DNA of 64,000 bases from positions 256,001 to 320,000 of the forward strand of contig OY760935.1 in NCBI GenBank assembly GCA_963664295.1, given 5' to 3'. The position numbers were made by a program, and so were the translations under genes. This DNA comes from Candidatus Altimarinota bacterium. GTDB lineage: Bacteria > Patescibacteriota > Gracilibacteria > CAIRYL01 > GCA-016699755. Below the pieces are notes generated by a model. The model was not told the DNA's origin. It worked only from the letters and a program-made list of their open reading frames with translations, and searched no databases. Below are positions 59,323 to 64,000 of this stretch, in pieces. Positions within the stretch are counted from its first letter, which is position 1. Each line of letters opens with the position of its first letter.

Positions 59323-62300
59323 ATGAACACAGAAATTAAAAAGTTAAAAACCATTTTCCTAACCTTTGTAGTAGGGGTTTTTATGACATTTGGCGGACTT
59401 GCTCACGCAACTCCCGAAGATGGCTTAGGTCCTGATGATCAGCCACCTTCTTGGCCAAGTATCTTTGAGGCTCTTTTGGTGGATTGGGATAGCGCAAAAA
59501 CAGTTGCGCAAAACCTTGTAGAATCCAGCGGAGTTGTGAAAGCTGCTCGCACATTGGTTGATGAAGATAATTCTACTGTTATTGTAAGAGTTTTAGGTGG
59601 AAAAGTTGGTATTGGTGGCAATCCTGAAGATGGATTTCTTCTTTATGTCCATGGTGATTTATGGGCAGAAAACTTAGAAGGTGATAGTGCTGTGTTCAAT
59701 TCTTTAGAAATAAAAACAGATAGTGTTGTTTTACAAGAAGGTTCAATAAGTGGATCAGCCTTGGAAAACGATTCAGTGACTTCTGATCACTTAACAGCAG
59801 ATAGTGTCACTGGTGATCAAATACAAGATGGAAGTGTAGAAAGTGCTGATTTAGCAGAAAATAGTGTTTCTACTAACAATATTATAGACGGTACTATTAA
59901 AGGTTATAATGAAGCAGAAAGTAAGGCAGGAGATATTGCAAAAGACGCAATTACTTCATATGAACTAGCAAGTGATGCTGTGAGCAGTGAGCATATCGAA
60001 AATCATTCAATTACAATTAATGATTTAGATGAAAATATTATTTTTGACTGGGATATGTTCCCAACAGCAAGTCTTGCTTTAAATATGTTTCCTTTGTGGG
60101 ACGGAGAAAACCTTGTTTCTTCTTCACTTTCAGAAACAGATAATTTTATAGCAACAAGCAAAGTATTTAAATTTTCTGCTTATACAGATGATGCTAGTAT
60201 GCCAGCTTGTTCAGCGGAGCTAATTGGCTCAGTTGCTTTTAATTCAGGAGAAGAAAAACTTCTACTTTGTACAAGCGCAGGTTGGCAAGAAATTGGCCAA
60301 GGAGCAGGTGGATCTGCTTTTGCTATCGAAAATCAAGGAGCTTGGTGTGGATACCACGGAATAAATAATGGGACATTAACATCAGTTAAAGAAGCTGTTT
60401 ATGAGTGTGCAGGTTATGATCCTCAAAATTCTTGCCCAGAAGGTTATACACAAGCTTATTTCAGAACTTTACAAGATGATGCTGACACAATTGCTGATGA
60501 AGTTTATACTTGTGTTTATAGTGATTTAAATAAAACTTTCCTTGGCACAGGAGCTCAAGGAGCTTGGTGTGGATATCAAGGAGTAAATGCAGGTTTTGGA
60601 AATTCTGTATATGCTAACAAGATTAGATGTGGATTAAATAATCCAAAAGACTCTTGTCCAGCTGGATACGCTCAAGTTGTATTTAATTTTACTGCTGTTG
60701 ATGGTGATCTTTTAGAGGACACAATTTATTCTTGTGTAAAAACAAGCACAGTAGCAGAGGATTATAATAATGGTTGGTATGGCTGGAGTGGTCAAAATGA
60801 AGAATATAATTCTGTTTATGACGGAATTATTGAAAATAATAACCTCGATCCAGAGGCTGCTTGTGCAGAGGGATATCTAAAAGCTTATTTCTCAACAACA
60901 GCTTATAAGGTTGATGAAAATCCTGACTTTGGCTATTTCTGTGTGAAAAAGCCAGTAGAACAAACTTGTGGAAATTCAATAATAGAAGGAACAGAAGTTT
61001 GTGATGACGGTAATACTACCTCGGGGGATGGATGTGCCTCGGACTGCCTGTCGATGGACCTGGGCTACACCTGCCCTCAACCAGGAGTAGCCTGCCAGCC
61101 CGTTGCCATTTGCGGCAATGGGCAATTTGAAAGTGGGGAGGCGTGTGATGATGGAAATACTGTAAGTGGCGATGGTTGTACTGCTGATTGTCGCTTTATT
61201 GAAACAGTAGGAGGTGACTGTGTTGATTGTCCTAATTGTTGTGGCGATGGTGTTTTGTCTGCCGAAGAAGTTTGTGATGACGGTAATACAGATGGCGGAG
61301 ATGGTTGTGTGGCAGATTGTTCAGAAATTATGCCAGGTTGGAGCTGTCCAGTTCCTGGTGAACCTTGTTATTTTAATTGTGGTAATGGAGATATAGATGC
61401 CGGTGAATATTGTGATGATTTTGATTTACAAAGTGGCGATGGTTGTAATGCAAATTGTCAGGTTGAGCCAGGCTGGGATTGTCCAGCAGATGGTGGTGAA
61501 TGTACTCCGCTTTGTGGAAATGGCGTAGAGGATGTAATGGATGGTTATGTAGAAGAATGTGATGATGGAAATCAAAGATCTGGTGATGGTTGTTCTTTTA
61601 GAGCTTGTCAAAAAGAGCCAGGTTATGAATGTACAGAAGAAGGAGAGCCATGTACTCCTCTTTGTGGAAACAGCACAATTGATATTACTGATGACTATGT
61701 TGAAACTTGTGACGATGGTCCAGACAATAAAGTCTCAAACGACGGCTGTTCTTATCCATATTGTCAATTGGAAGTTCCAGGTTGGGAATGCAATACTGTT
61801 GGCTCAGCTTGTACCCCTATTGTGAGTTGTGGTGATGGTGTTTTACATAATGGAATTATAGTTCCAGAAGAAGACAGAGAAGAATGTGATGACGGTAATG
61901 ATATAGATGGTGATGGTTGTAGCTCAGAGTGTAAAAAAGAAGCTGGCTTTGAGTGTATTGCTGCTGGTTTTCCTTGTGTGGACACATCAACAGAATTGCT
62001 TAACTCTTGTGAAGAATTGCAAAAAATAGGTGATTCAAATTATCCGGAATATCCTATTGATAAAGATTATGCACTTATTGCTGACATAGATTGTTCAATG
62101 ACAAATCCAGCCAATCAACCAGATGGCTACGATGGACCTTGGTCAGATGGCAATGGATTTGTGCCGCTTCCAGAATATGACAATATTTTTGATGGACAAG
62201 GCTATGAAATTAGCAACTTATATATCAATAATAATGCATATCGGATAGGTTTGTTTAGTGGCTTGGCTAGTAATTCAGAAATAAAAAACTTACAATTAAT

Positions 62301-64000
62301 TAATGTTGATATCACAGGAGAAGACAGTTATGTTGGCGCAATAGCAGGATATGGAACTTCAACAATTAACAATGTTTATGTTACTGGTGTTGTAACTGGA
62401 GATGATTATGTTGGTGGCTTAATGGGATCATTAATAGGCTCAGTTGCTGATGCATATTTTAGCGGTACAGTTAATGGTAATTATAGAACTGGTGGATTGG
62501 TAGGCAATTTGAGTGGTTCAATTATTAATTCTAGTGCCATAGTCTCTTTGCCTGCTGATATTTCAGGTTATGGTGACTATAAAGGTGGCATTGCGGGCTA
62601 CTTAGGTGGTTCAGCTCAAAATGTATCTGCTTATGTTGATTTGCTTGAAGGAGATGATTATCTTGGTGGTATAGTTGGCCATAATGGTCAAGTTTATGAT
62701 GCAGATGCTACTGTAAATATTTTAGGAAACAGTTCTCTTGGTGGCATATCAGGTGGAAGTAATGTTTATGATAGCAAGGCTGTTGCTAGTATTCTTGGTA
62801 ATCAATATATTGGCGGTATAATTGGTGGACTTAATAATTATTATTATACTTTAAATAATAATACTGCAACTGTTAGTATTATTGGTGGTAATAATCTTGG
62901 TGGTATATCAGGAAAAAATGGCGGAATAAGATCAAGTTATGCCAGAGGTAGTATTTTAGGTGCTGGTAATATTGGCGGTTTAATGGGTAATATCTACACC
63001 AGTAGTTATGCATCTTTTGTTAATAGTTATGCTGATGTTGATATTAAAGGTTTTTCTTATCTTGGTGGTTTAATTGGTGCTTCTGATAGCAACACAACTT
63101 ACCCAATAAATTGTTATTCATTGGGTAAAATTGAAGGAAAAACTGACAATGTTGGTGCTTTATCAGGTCATCACACTAGTTTCAACAATAATCAAACAAG
63201 TTTTTGGAGTAGTGAATTATCTGGTCAAGAATATCCATTTGTTGGCACTGGCACAGTAGGTGCACAGGATTTAAGCGCAGATGAATTAAAAGATATAAAT
63301 AAATATATAGATGCAGGTTGGAATTTTGATACAGGTGGTGATTGGAAACAAATTTCTGTTAATCATTATCCTTGTCTTGTTTGGCAAGATGATTCCACAT
63401 GCTTACCTGTTGCTTCTCAGTGTGGAAATGGTGTTATTGAAGGACTTGAAACTTGTGATGATTTTAATAACAATAGTGGCGATGGTTGTTCCGCTGATTG
63501 TTTAGCAATAGAGGCTAATTATTCTTGTCCTTATGCTGGATTTGCTTGTGTTTCTGATGACGGCATAGAGATTGACTCTTGTGAAGAATTACAATTAATC
63601 GGTAGAAATAAAAACTATCCTTTGTATGGTAATTATAAATTAAGTAAAAATATTGATTGTTCTGCAACAAATCCGTCAAATGGTGGGTCAGGATTTAATT
63701 CAATAGGTTCATCAACTCCTTTCTTGGGTAAATTTGATGGTAATAACTACAGTATTTCAAATGTTTATTATAGCCGTGGTAGTACTGATGGTTCTTATAC
63801 ATCTTCTGGTATTTTTTATAACACTCTCTTTGCAGAGATTAAAAATGTAAAAGTGGAAAATTTTTCTGCAGGAGGTACTTATGTTGCTGGAGTGGTGCAT
63901 AATGCTGTGGACACAGTTATTGATAATTGTTTTGTATCAACAACACAAACAGGAAATTATTTTGGAGGTATAGCTTATTCTGCTAATTATTCAACCATCA
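59323..64000 (+). CDS. giant secreted mosaic adhesin-like protein (Cys-rich DUF4215-type and GLUG-type repeats); runs off the window
   Basis: Manual translation from ATG 59323 ([21 protein letters not shown]); eight CG[N/D]...E.CDD repeats; [17 protein letters not shown]-like repeats. Absent from the track because there is no stop within the window. Confidence 0.88.
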   Translation, partial: MNTEIKKLKTIFLTFVVGVFMTFGGLAHATPEDGLGPDDQPPSWPSIFEALLVDWDSAKTVAQNLVESSGVVKAARTLVDEDNSTVIVRVLGGKVGIGGNPEDGFLLYVHGDLWAENLEGDSAVFNSLEIKTDSVVLQEGSISGSALENDSVTSDHLTADSVTGDQIQDGSVESADLAENSVSTNNIIDGTIKGYNEAESKAGDIAKDAITSYELASDAVSSEHIENHSITINDLDENIIFDWDMFPTASLALNMFPLWDGENLVSSSLSETDNFIATSKVFKFSAYTDDASMPACSAELIGSVAFNSGEEKLLLCTSAGWQEIGQGAGGSAFAIENQGAWCGYHGINNGTLTSVKEAVYECAGYDPQNSCPEGYTQAYFRTLQDDADTIADEVYTCVYSDLNKTFLGTGAQGAWCGYQGVNAGFGNSVYANKIRCGLNNPKDSCPAGYAQVVFNFTAVDGDLLEDTIYSCVKTSTVAEDYNNGWYGWSGQNEEYNSVYDGIIENNNLDPEAACAEGYLKAYFSTTAYKVDENPDFGYFCVKKPVEQTCGNSIIEGTEVCDDGNTTSGDGCASDCLSMDLGYTCPQPGVACQPVAICGNGQFESGEACDDGNTVSGDGCTADCRFIETVGGDCVDCPNCCGDGVLSAEEVCDDGNTDGGDGCVADCSEIMPGWSCPVPGEPCYFNCGNGDIDAGEYCDDFDLQSGDGCNANCQVEPGWDCPADGGECTPLCGNGVEDVMDGYVEECDDGNQRSGDGCSFRACQKEPGYECTEEGEPCTPLCGNSTIDITDDYVETCDDGPDNKVSNDGCSYPYCQLEVPGWECNTVGSACTPIVSCGDGVLHNGIIVPEEDREECDDGNDIDGDGCSSECKKEAGFECIAAGFPCVDTSTELLNSCEELQKIGDSNYPEYPIDKDYALIADIDCSMTNPANQPDGYDGPWSDGNGFVPLPEYDNIFDGQGYEISNLYINNNAYRIGLFSGLASNSEIKNLQLINVDITGEDSYVGAIAGYGTSTINNVYVTGVVTGDDYVGGLMGSLIGSVADAYFSGTVNGNYRTGGLVGNLSGSIINSSAIVSLPADISGYGDYKGGIAGYLGGSAQNVSAYVDLLEGDDYLGGIVGHNGQVYDADATVNILGNSSLGGISGGSNVYDSKAVASILGNQYIGGIIGGLNNYYYTLNNNTATVSIIGGNNLGGISGKNGGIRSSYARGSILGAGNIGGLMGNIYTSSYASFVNSYADVDIKGFSYLGGLIGASDSNTTYPINCYSLGKIEGKTDNVGALSGHHTSFNNNQTSFWSSELSGQEYPFVGTGTVGAQDLSADELKDINKYIDAGWNFDTGGDWKQISVNHYPCLVWQDDSTCLPVASQCGNGVIEGLETCDDFNNNSGDGCSADCLAIEANYSCPYAGFACVSDDGIEIDSCEELQLIGRNKNYPLYGNYKLSKNIDCSATNPSNGGSGFNSIGSSTPFLGKFDGNNYSISNVYYSRGSTDGSYTSSGIFYNTLFAEIKNVKVENFSAGGTYVAGVVHNAVDTVIDNCFVSTTQTGNYFGGIAYSANYSTI

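Overview
AT-rich bacterial chromosome segment read in genetic code 11. The gene content (SLH proteins, VirB2-like pilin, PilT, giant Cys-rich surface proteins, alpha-2-macroglobulin, core genes without Shine-Dalgarno sites) suggests a Patescibacteria/CPR organism, plausibly Peregrinibacteria-like; this is an inference. Housekeeping genes: purA, a tsaE-HD fusion, glnA, a purQ fusion, trmH-like, tRNA-Ser(UGA), hflX, recG, tsaB, pgk, ctpA-like, maf, iscS/nifU, ppdK, gdh, alaS and pilT. Six intergenic arrays of GTCAT/ATGAC-tagged palindromic repeats lie between them. The most unusual observation is a pair of unrelated, GC-richer orphan genes with N-terminal signal peptides (8485-8958 minus; 13991-15001 plus) that share one architecture: a near-identical ~54-bp promoter plus boxA-like block, a long leader hairpin, a strong Shine-Dalgarno site, the ORF, a 16-18-nt sequence just after the stop codon that is complementary to the 3' arm of the leader hairpin, and a terminator. 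This resembles rRNA-operon transcription and processing signals wrapped around an mRNA. Other oddities: candidate structured RNAs, a 135-bp tandem repeat of the tRNA-Ser 5' end that forms CCA-ended microhelices, a recurring TGTACA-N7-TGTACA site, and a high-GC patch inside an adhesin gene. All calls were made by eye, without database searches.
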